The position numbers and the translations under genes were made by a program. From assembly GCA_965243515.1 (NCBI GenBank), contig OZ251572.1:1047239-1111238 (forward strand): a stretch of 64,000 nt of DNA. Reading direction: 5' to 3'. The notes beneath the pieces are model-generated. The model was given only the letters and a program-made list of their open reading frames with translations. It made no database searches and was not told where the DNA came from. Below, piece after piece: positions 62,859 through 64,000 of this stretch (the stretch's first letter is position 1; each line of letters starts with the position of its first letter). This stretch comes from Phototrophicaceae bacterium (lineage in GTDB: Bacteria; Chloroflexota; Anaerolineae; Aggregatilineales; Phototrophicaceae).

Positions 62859-64000
62859 TTGCATATTATTCATGTCAGCGGCGTTACTGTCCAGTTTGCC
62901 GGGCGCGAGCTTTACCGCGGTCTGTCGTGGACGCTTGGCGACCGCGACCGAATTGGGCTGGTCGGGCCCAACGGCGCCGGCAAGTCGACGCTGTTCAAAC
63001 TGCTGCTGGGTGATATCGAGCCGGATAAAGGTCATATCAGCCGTCAGAAGGGGATTCGATTGGGTTATTTGCCACAAGACGTCGAACTGCCGCCTGACAA
63101 GACTCTGATTGAAACGGCGATGATCAAACCGCGTGAACTGGTCGAGGTGGAAGCGCGGCTGGATGCGATAGAAGCGCAGCTGGCTGATCCAGAGGTGTAT
63201 GGCGATGCGCGCCGGCTGGCAAACGTTCTCGAAAAACATGAGGCGCAGCTGGCGGTGTATGAGCGCATGAACGGGCCGCGACATGCCAGCCATGTCAGGG
63301 AACTCTTGGCGATGCTGGGTTTTCGGCCGGAAGATTATGACCGATCAGCGGCGTCCCTGTCCGGCGGGCAGAAGAAGATGGTGGCGCTGGTGCGGCTGGC
63401 TGTCGCCGCGCCTGATATTCTCCTGCTGGATGAGCCTGACAACCATCTCGATGTGATCGGCAAAGGCCATCTGGAGCGGTTTATCCTTAATTATCGCAGC
63501 AGCGTCGTGATTATTTCGCATGACCGTTATTTGCTGGACGAAGTGGTGACGCAGACGGTTGAGTTGGCGGACGGCAAAATCACTGTGTATCATGGCAACT
63601 ATTCGTATTATCTGAACGAACGGGAACTGCGGCGGTTGCGCCAGCAGCAGCAGTATGTGACCCAGCAGAAAGAGATCGCGCGGCTGGAGGCGATGATTGA
63701 GCGTTTTGAACGCTGGGCGAAGCAGGTTTTGAGCCGCAAGCACATGCTGGCCGCCCGTCAGCGGCGGCGGATGCTGGAGAAAATGGAGGAGCGCGGCGAA
63801 ATCATCGAGAAAGTAGTAGACGCCAAGCGGATGGACTTCAAAGTCGCTGGCTGGCGCGGCAGTAAAAAGGCGCTGGAACTTGATAGGGTGTCGATGGCCT
63901 TTGGAGACGAACCGCTGTTTTTCGATGTCGATCTGCTGCTGCGGCATGGCGAAAGGGTGGGCTTGATTGGCCCCAATGGCGCCGGCAAGACAGTTCTGTT
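62859..64000 (+). CDS. ABC-F family ATPase (3' end outside window)
   Basis: This ORF is not in the supplied track because it runs off the window. I read it directly. (M)HIIHVSGVTVQFAG from TTG 62859 follows AAGGGA. It has Walker A GPNGAGKST (62964-), signature LSGGQKKM, Walker B LLLDEPDNHLD, a Q/R-rich linker and a second Walker A GPNGAGKT at the window end. ATG 62817 and GTG 62802 are in-frame alternative starts. Confidence 0.9.
   Translation, partial: MHIIHVSGVTVQFAGRELYRGLSWTLGDRDRIGLVGPNGAGKSTLFKLLLGDIEPDKGHISRQKGIRLGYLPQDVELPPDKTLIETAMIKPRELVEVEARLDAIEAQLADPEVYGDARRLANVLEKHEAQLAVYERMNGPRHASHVRELLAMLGFRPEDYDRSAASLSGGQKKMVALVRLAVAAPDILLLDEPDNHLDVIGKGHLERFILNYRSSVVIISHDRYLLDEVVTQTVELADGKITVYHGNYSYYLNERELRRLRQQQQYVTQQKEIARLEAMIERFERWAKQVLSRKHMLAARQRRRMLEKMEERGEIIEKVVDAKRMDFKVAGWRGSKKALELDRVSMAFGDEPLFFDVDLLLRHGERVGLIGPNGAGKTVL

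Noticed and set aside
1-64000. tRNA, rRNA, CRISPR arrays, transposases, integrases and terminal inverted repeats flanking the AT-rich islets.
   Set aside because: I scanned for T-loop-like GGTTCGAnnCC motifs on both strands, regularly spaced direct repeats, and DDE/tyrosine-recombinase-like ORFs. I found none outside coding sequence. The islets therefore cannot be called intact mobile elements from this window.

Overview
This is 64 kb of chromosomal DNA from a GC-rich bacterium. The Flp pilin of the GQ.LVEY type, the RdhA-like Fe-S protein, the fused GlyQS and the long-necked class A PBP suggest Chloroflexota or a neighbour, at low confidence. About 55 protein genes can be supported. I saw no rRNA, tRNA, CRISPR array, transposase or integrase.

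The backbone is housekeeping: glnA, hemC-hemD, PBP1A, pcrA/uvrD, pdxS, cdsA, frr-uppS, ald, fused glyQS and dnaG-rpoD-nfi. It also carries transporters (DrrAB-like, GldA/F/G-like with DUF4340, an orphan OpuAC-like binding protein, a partial ABC-F) and several oxidoreductases.

Five visibly AT-richer islets interrupt the backbone:
- (i) ~2.58-4.44 kb: an FRG-domain gene with a phage-protease remnant and a type IIG/PglX-like methylase remnant.
- (ii) ~10.15-11.45 kb: two small coupled membrane ORFs and an inverted-repeat cluster.
- (iii) 27.2-29.5 kb: a single-chain nuclease-methylase-specificity gene.
- (iv) 30.5-32.1 kb: a beta-class methylase fused to an HNH nuclease.
- (v) 35.5-36.7 kb: an orphan 310-aa ORF wedged between cdsA and frr.

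The observations I find most interesting are:
- An A9 slippery run sits at the 3' end of a BchI/ChlI-like AAA+ gene. Its -1 frame runs stop-free through a 57-codon acidic linker into the downstream BchD-like vWA gene. One locus could therefore yield both I-like and D-like subunits, dnaX-style, or this is a homopolymer error.
- A surface protein's C-terminal anchor reads in-frame into an Flp prepilin.
- Two unrelated R-M-like fusion genes bracket phzF. One of them overlaps (ATGA) the start of a TAT-less reductive-dehalogenase homologue.
- A tandem pair of small paralogues matches no family I recognise.
- A 21-nt tandem repeat lies in a 620-nt gene-free stretch.

All domain calls are by-eye motif recognition from memory. 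None has been verified by a database search.
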